The notes under the pieces are model-generated. The model was not told where the DNA came from. It ran no database searches and saw only the letters and a list, made by a program, of their open reading frames with translations. Of a DNA stretch of 64,000 bases, positions 55,531 through 64,000 are shown piece after piece; position 1 is the first letter of the stretch; each line of letters begins with the position of its first letter. The DNA comes from Mangrovimonas sp. YM274 (lineage in GTDB: Bacteria > Bacteroidota > Bacteroidia > Flavobacteriales > Flavobacteriaceae): assembly GCF_030908385.1 (NCBI RefSeq), contig NZ_CP133091.1:1658128-1722127 (forward strand). Direction: 5' to 3'. The translations under genes and the position numbers were made by a program.

Positions 55531-57501
55531 TTATTTTATATTTTCTATACTAGTTTTATACAACTCTTCCTTAACCCTATTTTTTAACAAAAAGTAGGTG
55601 ATTGGATAGAAGGGGAGTCCTATTAAAAGGAGAAAATAATTGATGGTTTTATTGCTTTCCGGCAAGGATTTGTAAAACTTGGAAAGTACAATAGACGAAA
55701 CCGTAAAATAGATGGCTACAAATACAAATGAAATAATTCCCAACTGCAGTACGATATGTGCTAATTCTGGTAGTTTATTGTTTCTAAAAATGAAATAGGA
55801 TAGTATCAATACGGCGCCAATACCATAACTTATTATTGTGGTAAGTGAATAATCTTTGAAATCGGTAGCTATTTTTTCTGATTTAAGAAGTGCGTCATTC
55901 ACCACCACGCCTTTATCATGGATATCATTTGTACTTAACCCTCGATCCAGTAGAAGTTGATAAGCAACAGGTTTTACGGTTTTGTCGTACTCGTAATGCG
56001 CATAATTTTTAATCACATCAATGAGTTTGTCGTTATCAAAACCGTCCAGGCGTTTGTAGGTTTTATCAAAGGCCTCTTTTTTGGCTTTAAAAGAAAACAG
56101 TTTTTTTAGAGGTTCCAGAACAGTATCAAATTCAAACAACCCTCTGTCTTTTGTGGCTCTTTGGGTTAAAAAGATACTAAGTGGAAGCATAATCAAGGTA
56201 GAAAGCCAAGTGGCAAAAATTGGATTTAAAGCCCCGTTTTTCGAACTGTTTTGTGAGAAAATACCAATAAAGTGATAGGATAAAAATAGCACTATTGCTA
56301 TTACCAACGGCAGTCCAATACCTCCTTTTCTAATTAAGGCTCCAAGGGGGGCGCCAACAAAAAATAGAATAATGCAGGCAATACCCAATACGTATTTTTC
56401 ATTGAGGGAAATAATGTGTTGGTTAAGGTACCTTTTTTGGGCCCCTAGAGTATGCTTTTTTGTTTTGATAATTTGCGCAGTACTGTTGACCGTATTGGCA
56501 GCTAAATTAACTATTTGTAATTTGGTTCTGTTATCAAATAAATTTAGCACTTCATCAATATAAAGAGAGTCCTTTTTGGGTTTGATATTGGCACTTAAGG
56601 AACCAACAGCTGTTCTGTCATAAAGCGATTTGGAAAAATTATTGTATTCGGTTTTTTCTTTTTCCCGAAGACTGTCAATGGTATAACTGAGATCGGAAAC
56701 ATTCAACATGTTGTACCTGCCTTCATAACTCTTTTCTTCGTAATCTACATCATTTAAGCCTTCAAGGTCTACATTGATGATGTATTTTTCAAAAGCACTT
56801 CTTACATGAGGCTTTTTGGCATTTTGCTTAGGATCTTTGCTGTATATTTCTTCATAATAGTTACCGTCATAAAGAACCAGTTGCAGAATATTGGAGTCTT
56901 CGCTACTTATCAATTCTCCTGTATTGGCAGTAATAACCGTGTAATTTCCCGTTCTGTTGGGTGTTTTTTTGTGAATATATACCCTTTCTAAAAATTCACC
57001 TTTTTCACCAGTTTTCTTGTCTACCTTTATATTGTAATCTGCTATTTCATTAAACTGTCCTGCCGCAATGGCCATAGCAGGTTGGGTTTTGGCTATATTT
57101 TTTCTGAGGTTATAAAAATTATAATTGGCCCACGGAATGACATTGTTTGCAAAAAAGAAAGTTACCACGGCAAGCCCTAAAATAAAAACGCTTAAACCTC
57201 TCATGGCTCTTTGTAGGGAGATACCCGTAGATTTCATGGCAGCGAACTCATAGTTTTCGGCAAAACTACCAAACACCATGATCGATGCCAGCAAAATGGT
57301 AAGGGGTAAAATTAAGGGTATCAGAGTAGGTGTAACATACAGTAAAAACTTCAGAATGACCGAAAGGGACAAATCTTTACCTGCAAGTTCGCTTATGTAC
57401 AACCAAATGGACTGTAAAACAAAAATGAGCATGAGTATAATAAACACGCTCAAAAATGTTTTTAAGTAGGTTGTAAGTATATACCTATCTAATATTTTCA
57501 T
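55531..57501 (-). CDS. LptF/LptG (YjgP/YjgQ) family LPS-export permease, long form
   Basis: 656 aa. The N-terminus MKILDRYILTTYLKTFLSVF is typical, and a large beta-jellyroll periplasmic domain separates the TM segments. Confidence 0.75.
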   Translation of the reverse strand: MKILDRYILTTYLKTFLSVFIILMLIFVLQSIWLYISELAGKDLSLSVILKFLLYVTPTLIPLILPLTILLASIMVFGSFAENYEFAAMKSTGISLQRAMRGLSVFILGLAVVTFFFANNVIPWANYNFYNLRKNIAKTQPAMAIAAGQFNEIADYNIKVDKKTGEKGEFLERVYIHKKTPNRTGNYTVITANTGELISSEDSNILQLVLYDGNYYEEIYSKDPKQNAKKPHVRSAFEKYIINVDLEGLNDVDYEEKSYEGRYNMLNVSDLSYTIDSLREKEKTEYNNFSKSLYDRTAVGSLSANIKPKKDSLYIDEVLNLFDNRTKLQIVNLAANTVNSTAQIIKTKKHTLGAQKRYLNQHIISLNEKYVLGIACIILFFVGAPLGALIRKGGIGLPLVIAIVLFLSYHFIGIFSQNSSKNGALNPIFATWLSTLIMLPLSIFLTQRATKDRGLFEFDTVLEPLKKLFSFKAKKEAFDKTYKRLDGFDNDKLIDVIKNYAHYEYDKTVKPVAYQLLLDRGLSTNDIHDKGVVVNDALLKSEKIATDFKDYSLTTIISYGIGAVLILSYFIFRNNKLPELAHIVLQLGIISFVFVAIYFTVSSIVLSKFYKSLPESNKTINYFLLLIGLPFYPITYFLLKNRVKEELYKTSIENIK

Positions 57502-57514
57502 TTAATGTCTTTAA

Positions 57515-58159
57515 TTAGTCCAACCTATTAATGTAGTAGTTTTTGTATTTGGACTGGTCAAAAGTAAAAAGTGTTTTTGAAATAGGTTCATTTGTTTTAA
57601 ACATATTAACGGTTAAAGTGGTTTTTGTTCCGTTTTTTCCTATTTCAATTAAATTATAGATGTGTTTGGTTTGAGCGTCAATACCCAATAGAACATATTT
57701 GATTTCAGAGTGAGTATCTATAGGGGTTAATTTTACATACTGAATTTTACGGCCATTTACATTTTGAACAATGTCCATGGCATATCTATAACCATCTTCG
57801 TAAAAGGACAGCATCTGGCTAGGCGTAATGGTATCTTCGTCTTCGGTGTTGTTTGAGGAAATGGTTACTTCTTCATCATCGGGACTAATAGTGTATAGGG
57901 TTTTTCCATCGTAAATTCGAGTAGCTCCTAAAATGTTTAATTTATATTTTTCCCCTTGAAGCACTACGTTACCTCGCGTTTCTTGACTAATGTTTTCACT
58001 CATATTATTGAGTGAATATTTAAAGTCTATACTAATATTGTTATAGCTTTTTATTTTGGCACTTACTTCATTCAATAAGGCTTTTGCTTGCGAAGAGGTA
58101 TCCTGAGCTAAACCATGGAAGCCTATAAAAAGTGTAATTGCTATCAATAATTTTTTCAT
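57515..58159 (-). CDS. lolA: LolA-like outer-membrane lipoprotein carrier protein
   Basis: 214 aa with a signal peptide and a LolA fold pattern (VVLQGEKYKLNILG...). Confidence 0.65.
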   Translation of the reverse strand: MKKLLIAITLFIGFHGLAQDTSSQAKALLNEVSAKIKSYNNISIDFKYSLNNMSENISQETRGNVVLQGEKYKLNILGATRIYDGKTLYTISPDDEEVTISSNNTEDEDTITPSQMLSFYEDGYRYAMDIVQNVNGRKIQYVKLTPIDTHSEIKYVLLGIDAQTKHIYNLIEIGKNGTKTTLTVNMFKTNEPISKTLFTFDQSKYKNYYINRLD

Positions 58160-58180
58160 TGTAATTTGTGTTTAAAATCG

Positions 58181-60694
58181 CTATATATTTTCATTTTCCA
58201 ATAATTGGTCCAGTGCGGCGAGATCTGGAACAAGAACTTGTCTGGCTTTACTGCCTTCAAATCCGCCCACAATGCCAGCTGCTTCAAGTTGGTCTATCAA
58301 ACGGCCTGCTCTGTTATAACCCAATTTTAGTTTTCGTTGGAGTAAGGAGGCTGAGCCTTGTTGTGCAGTGACAATTATTTCGGCGGCTTCACGGAATAAA
58401 GCATCTCTATCAGAAATATCTATATCAAGACCTGTGCCATTGCCGTCTTCTCCCACATATTCTGGCAGTAAATAGGCGTCTGGATAAGCTTTCTGTCCAC
58501 CTATAAACTCTGTAATCTTTTCAACTTCAGGGGTGTCAACAAAAGCACATTGTATCCTAATAATATCGTTTCCTTGAGTGTAAAGCATGTCCCCGCGACC
58601 AATTAATTGGTCTGCTCCAGGACCATCCAAAATAGTTCTGGAATCAATTTTAGAGGTTACCCTAAAAGCAATTCGGGCCGGGAAGTTAGCTTTTATGATA
58701 CCGGTGATAACGTTTACCGAAGGACGTTGCGTGGCAATAATTAAGTGAATTCCAATAGCACGGGCCAATTGAGCTAGACGTGCAATTGGGGTTTCTACTT
58801 CTTTTCCAGCAGTCATAATCAAGTCGGCAAACTCATCTACTACCAACACGATATAAGGTAAAAACTGGTGTCCATCGTTAGGGTTCAGTTTTCGTGACTT
58901 AAATTTTTCGTTGTACTCCTTGATGTTACGACACATTGCATTTTTAAGCATCTCGTAACGGTTGTCCATTTCAATACAAAGGGAATTCAAGGTGTTGATT
59001 ACTTTTGTGTTGTCTGTTATAATGGCATCTTCGCTATCAGGAAGTTTGGCCAAATAATGGCGTTCTATTTTATTGAATAAGGTTAATTCAACCTTCTTGG
59101 GGTCTACCAATACAAATTTTACTTCGGCAGGGTGCTTTTTATACAGCAATGATGTCAATACAGCATTCAAACCAACAGACTTTCCTTGACCTGTTGCACC
59201 AGCCATCAAAAGGTGGGGCATTTTTGCCAAATCTACCACCATGGTTTCATTGCTAATGTTTTTTCCAAAAGCAATAGGTAGTTCCATGTCCGATTTCTGG
59301 AATTTTTGCGAAGCAATTACCGAACGCATGGAAACTATGGTTGAACTCTTGTTTGGGACCTCAATACCAATAGTCCCTTTACCAGGAATGGGGGCAATAA
59401 TACGAATACCCAATGCAGAAAGCGAAAGGGCTATATCGTCCTCTAGGTTTTTAATTTTTGAAATTCGTACTCCCGCTTCAGGAACAATTTCATACAAGGT
59501 TACGGTAGGACCAATAGTGGCCTTAATACTGGAAATCCCTATTTTATAGTTGCTAAGGGTATCAACAATACGGTTTTTGTTCTCTTCAAGCTCTTCTTGG
59601 TTAATTGTGATTCCTTCCGAGTCGTATTTTTTGAGGAGGTCTAGAGGAGGAAATTGGTATTTGCTCAATTCCAAAGTAGGGTCAAATTGCCCAAAATCGG
59701 CAACCAATTTGTTGGCTAGATTATCGTTTTCAGATTCTTCCTCTTCAACCTGTTCTATTTCAATTTCAAAATCGTCATTACCACTTTGATTTACTTCTAC
59801 CTGAAGACTATCGTTGGGTTTAGAAGTATTTTGAGGTTCTTGTGTTATTTTAGGTTCAAGCTCCACAGGGGAGTTGTCTTCTTTTTGTTCTTCAGAATTT
59901 TCTAGTGAAGCAGTTGCTTCCGTTTCCTTTTTAGTATGGTTGAAAAGTGCTGCAATTGAAGGTGATGTTTCATCTTCGTCCACATTAAAGGCCGATTTAA
60001 TTTCTTCAGCTTCCTCAGTTAAATTGTTGTCAACAGGCACGGCAGCAGCATTGGTGGCTAATATCGGGCCATCTGTAGCAAACTCGGTTTTAATATCTTT
60101 CTGGGCACTTTTAAACAAGTTGACAAACGTATGTCCTGTCACGTTAAATCTAAGAGCTAAATAGGTGATTAAACCAAAAAGTAGAAGTAGGGCAGTACCA
60201 ATTTTTCCGATGTAATCTTGGAAGAAACTATTCATCTCAAAACCTACCGTACCTCCCAAAGCATCATATTTATGAGTGAAAAATCCGAAGAGTACGGAAC
60301 ACCATATAACTATGAGTGTGCCCCAAATCCAATGCGACCGAAGTTTAGCTTTGTTTATATCCAAGGCAATGTAAACCCCAGACAAAAAGGCGAGTCCGGC
60401 AAAGATAAATGAAGCCACACCAAAGCCTTTCAAGATGAATAAATCACTTACCCATGCACCAAGTTTATTGAGCCAGTTTTGAGCTTCAACGTCTCTTGTT
60501 CCAAGGGCATCCAAAGTACTTTGGTCTACTTTTCCAGTGAAGAAAAAAGACAAAAAGGCTATGCTTAGTAAAATACCAAGAATCATTAACAAGCTCCCAT
60601 AAATCAACTTTTGTTGACTTGTTAATTTGAATGAGGGTTTGTTAAAGTTAGAGGTTTTACTGTCTTTGGTTTTAGTTTTCTTCTTCGCCATCAA
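58181..60694 (-). CDS. ftsK: DNA translocase FtsK/SpoIIIE
   Basis: 837 aa. N-terminal TM helices and an acidic linker are followed by a motor domain with Walker A (GATGQGKSVGLN) and a C-terminal gamma winged helix. Confidence 0.9.
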   Translation of the reverse strand: MMAKKKTKTKDSKTSNFNKPSFKLTSQQKLIYGSLLMILGILLSIAFLSFFFTGKVDQSTLDALGTRDVEAQNWLNKLGAWVSDLFILKGFGVASFIFAGLAFLSGVYIALDINKAKLRSHWIWGTLIVIWCSVLFGFFTHKYDALGGTVGFEMNSFFQDYIGKIGTALLLLFGLITYLALRFNVTGHTFVNLFKSAQKDIKTEFATDGPILATNAAAVPVDNNLTEEAEEIKSAFNVDEDETSPSIAALFNHTKKETEATASLENSEEQKEDNSPVELEPKITQEPQNTSKPNDSLQVEVNQSGNDDFEIEIEQVEEEESENDNLANKLVADFGQFDPTLELSKYQFPPLDLLKKYDSEGITINQEELEENKNRIVDTLSNYKIGISSIKATIGPTVTLYEIVPEAGVRISKIKNLEDDIALSLSALGIRIIAPIPGKGTIGIEVPNKSSTIVSMRSVIASQKFQKSDMELPIAFGKNISNETMVVDLAKMPHLLMAGATGQGKSVGLNAVLTSLLYKKHPAEVKFVLVDPKKVELTLFNKIERHYLAKLPDSEDAIITDNTKVINTLNSLCIEMDNRYEMLKNAMCRNIKEYNEKFKSRKLNPNDGHQFLPYIVLVVDEFADLIMTAGKEVETPIARLAQLARAIGIHLIIATQRPSVNVITGIIKANFPARIAFRVTSKIDSRTILDGPGADQLIGRGDMLYTQGNDIIRIQCAFVDTPEVEKITEFIGGQKAYPDAYLLPEYVGEDGNGTGLDIDISDRDALFREAAEIIVTAQQGSASLLQRKLKLGYNRAGRLIDQLEAAGIVGGFEGSKARQVLVPDLAALDQLLENENI

Positions 60695-60754
60695 CGCTTA
60701 GTTAGATTGAAACAAAAATACAAATTACTAACGTTTATCCTAACGGAAAAAGTA

Positions 60755-61123
60755 TTAAAACAGCTTCGGGAAATAAATGACCATGGCGCCAATTATAGCC
60801 GCGATTGCAGCCATAAAGACGGCTCCTGCCGAAATGTCTTTTATATGGCCAATGGTTTTATGGTACTCGGGGTGTATAAAATCTGCAATGTATTCTATTG
60901 CCGTATTAATGCCTTCGGCAGTCATTACCAAACCAATAAATACAATTTGGAACAACCATTCGGTATTTGTGATTTCGAAATAGAACCCCGCTATAGTTAC
61001 GGCGATGGCGATACTTAGTTGTACCTTGATACTAGCTTCGGTTTTGATTAAGTATAGGGCTCCTTTATAAGCAAACCCTATACTTTTTATTCTGTTCTTT
61101 GCAAAAGATTCTTTCTTGGTCAT
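60755..61123 (-). CDS. dgkA: Diacylglycerol kinase (prokaryotic DgkA family)
   Basis: 122 aa with 3 TM helices and the DgkA motifs (EASIKVQ...TAEGINTAIEYIAD). Confidence 0.8.
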   Translation of the reverse strand: MTKKESFAKNRIKSIGFAYKGALYLIKTEASIKVQLSIAIAVTIAGFYFEITNTEWLFQIVFIGLVMTAEGINTAIEYIADFIHPEYHKTIGHIKDISAGAVFMAAIAAIIGAMVIYFPKLF

Positions 61124-61138
61124 GTTTGGGGCAACAAT

Positions 61139-61636
61139 CTATAGTGCTTTTAAAGCTGCTTCGTAATTTGGTTCGTCAACAATTTCTGGCACTTGTTCGG
61201 TATAGCTTACCTCGCCTTCCGGGTTTACAATCACAATACATCTCGAGAGTAACCCTTCTAAAGGGCCATCTACAAAGTCCAATCCGTAGCTTTTACCAAA
61301 ATTTCCGTCTTTAAAATCTGATAAGTTTACGACGTTATCCAGTCCTTCTGCACCGCAAAATCTAGCTTGCGCAAAAGGAAGGTCTTTGGAGATACAAAGT
61401 ACTTTGGTATTTTCTAGGCTGCTGGCCTTTTCGTTAAAAGTTCTAACAGACTGTGCGCAGGTGCCAGTATCTACACTAGGAAAGATATTAAGGATTAGGT
61501 TTTGCCCCTTGAAATCTTCTAGTGTTTTTGAGCCTAATTCTGTGGTGGTTAAAGTGAAATCGGGTGCTTTTGAGCCTACTTTTGGTAGTTCCCCCGAAGT
61601 GTGTATCGTATTGCCTTTTAAAGTTACTGATGCCAT
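61139..61636 (-). CDS. tpx: Thiol peroxidase (Tpx, atypical 2-Cys peroxiredoxin)
   Basis: 165 aa. It has the peroxidatic Cys in FPSVDTGTCA and the resolving Cys in VLCIS. Confidence 0.9.
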   Translation of the reverse strand: MASVTLKGNTIHTSGELPKVGSKAPDFTLTTTELGSKTLEDFKGQNLILNIFPSVDTGTCAQSVRTFNEKASSLENTKVLCISKDLPFAQARFCGAEGLDNVVNLSDFKDGNFGKSYGLDFVDGPLEGLLSRCIVIVNPEGEVSYTEQVPEIVDEPNYEAALKAL

Positions 61637-61843
61637 AATAATGTGGTTTTAATTAAATGAATTTTAAAATTAGTAATTATTTAGGGTTGCGAGGTATGAA
61701 TTAAGTAATTTTTATTCACGATAGGGATTTGGTTCATGATTGAATTGAAAATAACCAATAATAGGTATTTTTTGAAGATGTAATTAAAAATTAACAGGTA
61801 ATTACTATATTTATTAATAGTTTAATCAACAAGTCTTCAAATC

Positions 61844-62530
61844 ATGAGAAAATCACAATTAAAACTTAGCGCTTTTATGATAGTACTACTGCTTTTTGCT
61901 TCCTGTGGAAGTGATGATGATGGTGGTGGATGGAATTGCGGTGATACTATTACCGACGCCGATGGTAATGTATATGCAACTGTTAAAATAGGAGAGCAAT
62001 GTTGGACGGTGTCCAATTTAAATACTTCAAAGCTTAATGATGGTACAAGTATTCCTAACGTAACTGTGCAAGATGATTGGTTTGATTTAACAACTCCTGG
62101 ATGGTCTTATTATAACAATGATGCCGCTTTTGGGACTGTTCATGGTAAATTGTACAATTGGTATGCTATTGAAACCGCAAAGCTATGTCCTGAAGGTTGG
62201 CATGTGCCCAGTATTTCGGAATGGAGTGTTTTGGTTAGTGAATTAGGAGGAGCTAGTGTGGCAGGAGAGGCAATGAAGTCTATTTCAGGATGGGATAATT
62301 CACCGGAAAATGCCACTAACAGTAGTGGTTTTTCTTTAATGCCTTCCGGGAATAGAGATACTTGGTCATCTTTTTTGGGCCTAGGTGAGGATGCTTGGGT
62401 GTACTCTTCTACTGAAAATGTTGATGATGCAACTAAAGTAGAATTGATCCATGTTGATTTAGGAACAGAAGCTACTACTTTAATGACAATTAAAACAGAT
62501 GGTTTGCCATGCCGTTGTATTAAAGATTGA
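61844..62530 (+). CDS. Fibrobacter succinogenes major paralogous domain (Fib_succ_major) lipoprotein
   Basis: 228 aa. It has a lipobox (FASCGS) and the domain signature DGNVY..VKIGEQCW...LYNWYA...CPEGWHVPS..EW. Confidence 0.75.
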   Translation: MRKSQLKLSAFMIVLLLFASCGSDDDGGGWNCGDTITDADGNVYATVKIGEQCWTVSNLNTSKLNDGTSIPNVTVQDDWFDLTTPGWSYYNNDAAFGTVHGKLYNWYAIETAKLCPEGWHVPSISEWSVLVSELGGASVAGEAMKSISGWDNSPENATNSSGFSLMPSGNRDTWSSFLGLGEDAWVYSSTENVDDATKVELIHVDLGTEATTLMTIKTDGLPCRCIKD

Positions 62531-62551
62531 TATACCATTGAAATATGACAT

Positions 62552-62586
62552 AAAAAAAGCCTCTTTATTAAGAGGCTTTTTTTTAG
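62552..62586. terminator. Bidirectional intrinsic terminator
   Basis: An 8 bp stem agcctctt / aagaggct is flanked by an A7 tract and a T7+ tract. It lies between convergent genes. Confidence 0.6.
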
Positions 62587-62588
62587 TT

Positions 62589-64000
62589 TTACCTTAAGGT
62601 GGCTCCAAGTTGTTTCTCAAAATTAGCTTGAAGCTTATTCATTATTTTATCAATTTGCTTGTCAGTAAGCGTTTTGTGTTCGTCTTGAATAGTAAAGCTT
62701 ACGGCGTAACTTTTCTTTCCTTTAGGAAGATTGTTTCCTTGGTACACATCGAAAAGATCAACATCTTTTAGGAGTTGTTTTTCGGTTTGCATGGCAATAG
62801 TGTCTATTTGCTCAAAGGTAACTGCTTCATCCAATAATAGCGCAAAATCTCTACGAACCTCAGGGTATTTAGGGATGTCTTTGAAAGAAACAGAATTTTG
62901 TTTGGCGGCTTCAATGATGTTATTCCAGTTAAAATCTGCAAACAAGACATCTTGAGAAATTCCAAAATGCTTTAATACCGATTTTTTCACCAATCCAAAG
63001 TTTACCAATTGGAATTTTCCTCCAGAAAGAGAAATGCCTTCCGCAATCATATCGTTTTTGGTAGGAGCAACAGTGGTGCTATTGATTCCTAAACGTTGCA
63101 GGATGGTAGAGATGATACCTTTTAAGTAGAAAAAGTCGCTTTGCTGGTTGGTAGCATTCCAACGTTCTGCATTGCGTCTACCCGTAACAAATACAGAAAG
63201 GTGCTTATGTTCTTCTCTGTTGCCATTAAAATTGTGGTAAGAAGACCCAAATTCAAATAGCTTTAAGGCATCGCGCTTTCGGTTGATGTTGTGGCTAATG
63301 GCTTCCAAACCAGAAAACAATAAGCTTTGGCGCAAAACACTTAAGTCATTACTCAATGGGTTTAAAAGTTCAATATTGTGGTCCTCTTTTAGTTGTTCGC
63401 TGAGTGAAATATATTTTGGAGAAGACAATGAATTTGCCATAATCTCATAAAACCCCTGAGCGACCAATTGGTTGGCGATTATATTTTGAAGTTTATAATC
63501 TTCAAACTTAGAGGAATTAGAAATTGAGGCGTTTAACTTCTCGGTTGTTTGAATGTTGTTGTAACCGTAAACCCTTAGGATTTCTTCAATAATATCTGCT
63601 TCTCTTTGAACATCATTTCTGTAGGCCGGAACCGTGAGGCCAAGACCTGTTTCGGTAACATTATTGATTTTTATTTCCAAAGAAGTCAAAATGCTCTTGA
63701 TGGTATCCTTTGGAATTTCTTCGCCAATTAATTTTTTCGCATTTTCGAAACTCAAGCGAACTTGAAAATCCTCAATTTTCTTTGGATACATATCAACAAG
63801 GTCGCTAGTAATTTCTCCTCCAGCAATATCTTGGATTAAGAGTGCCGCTCTTTTTAAAGCGTATTCTGTAATGTTGGGGTCGATGCCTCTTTCGAATCTG
63901 AATGACGCATCGGTATTCAATCCATGTCGCTTAGCAGTTTTTCTTATGGAAACGGGATTAAAATAGGCGCTTTCCAAAAAGATACTGGTAGTGTTTTCTG
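62589..64000 (-). CDS. pheT: Phenylalanine--tRNA ligase beta subunit, C-terminal portion; the gene continues beyond the window end
   Basis: The B5 and FDX-ACB C-terminal domains are present (GLNTDASFRFERGID). PheT is normally about 800 aa, and the frame stays open past the first in-window ATG. Confidence 0.85.
   Translation of the reverse strand, partial: ENTTSIFLESAYFNPVSIRKTAKRHGLNTDASFRFERGIDPNITEYALKRAALLIQDIAGGEITSDLVDMYPKKIEDFQVRLSFENAKKLIGEEIPKDTIKSILTSLEIKINNVTETGLGLTVPAYRNDVQREADIIEEILRVYGYNNIQTTEKLNASISNSSKFEDYKLQNIIANQLVAQGFYEIMANSLSSPKYISLSEQLKEDHNIELLNPLSNDLSVLRQSLLFSGLEAISHNINRKRDALKLFEFGSSYHNFNGNREEHKHLSVFVTGRRNAERWNATNQQSDFFYLKGIISTILQRLGINSTTVAPTKNDMIAEGISLSGGKFQLVNFGLVKKSVLKHFGISQDVLFADFNWNNIIEAAKQNSVSFKDIPKYPEVRRDFALLLDEAVTFEQIDTIAMQTEKQLLKDVDLFDVYQGNNLPKGKKSYAVSFTIQDEHKTLTDKQIDKIMNKLQANFEKQLGATLR

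Noticed and set aside
1-64000. CRISPR arrays, insertion sequences and prophage genes.
   Set aside because: I found no array of short regularly spaced direct repeats, no transposase or integrase ORF and no phage structural genes anywhere in the window.

Overview
The 64 kb window looks like a low-GC Bacteroidota chromosome, probably Flavobacteriia-like. The evidence is Bacteroidetes-type promoter boxes (TAnnTTTG upstream of the tRNAs and hsp20), many SpII lipoproteins, gene families typical of the phylum (BT_3928, Fib_succ_major, DUF1599, DUF3667) and frequent TTG/GTG starts. I count about 60 protein genes, a tRNA-Arg(ACG) and a tRNA-Ser(TGA). There is no CRISPR array and no transposase or integrase. 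Blocks in order: (1) a stress cluster of four tandem-domain universal stress protein (Usp) paralogs, an Hsp20 and a TauE/SafE exporter. Inside it sits a translationally coupled pair of an ATP-cone/PD-(D/E)xK nuclease and a beta-CASP metallo-beta-lactamase (MBL) hydrolase. (2) DinB and antibiotic biosynthesis monooxygenase (ABM) genes. (3) A TolC-adaptor-RND efflux operon that looks like the heavy-metal type, followed by a small P-II-like gene and a DUF2892 gene. (4) Redox and regulatory genes: YgiD dioxygenase, YceI, a SnoaL-like lipoprotein, AraC, NmrA, HxlR, a luciferase-like (LLM) oxidoreductase and a 2H phosphoesterase. (5) A DoxD/A-like gene plus a DsrE-like gene. (6) An unusual non-coding region of about 1 kb containing an inverted-repeat-flanked structured element. 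(7) A TetR / ABC / HlyD / TolC type-I-secretion-like cassette whose ABC ATPase has degenerate catalytic motifs. (8) A fatty-acid CoA ligase and an NfeD-flotillin operon. (9) DUF3667-cdaA-lipoprotein-folP, and divergently DUF1599-DoxX(BT_3928)-permease-TlpA-tpiA-prmA-clpS. (10) A split YeeE/YedE pair. (11) tRNA-Arg, an SDR oxidoreductase, then an SOS-like cassette of a DnaQ-GIY-YIG nuclease, a LexA-like S24 repressor, a Y-family polymerase and DnaE2, closed by tRNA-Ser. (12) Housekeeping genes: nitroreductase, a thioredoxin-like gene, a DegT aminotransferase, ribBA with a degenerate GTP cyclohydrolase II half, lptF/G, lolA, ftsK, dgkA, tpx, a Fib_succ lipoprotein and partial pheT. The best candidates for an undescribed system are the ATP-cone/REase plus beta-CASP nuclease pair inside the Usp/Hsp20 cluster, the secretion cassette with a catalytically degenerate ABC domain, and the 1 kb non-coding region next to it.
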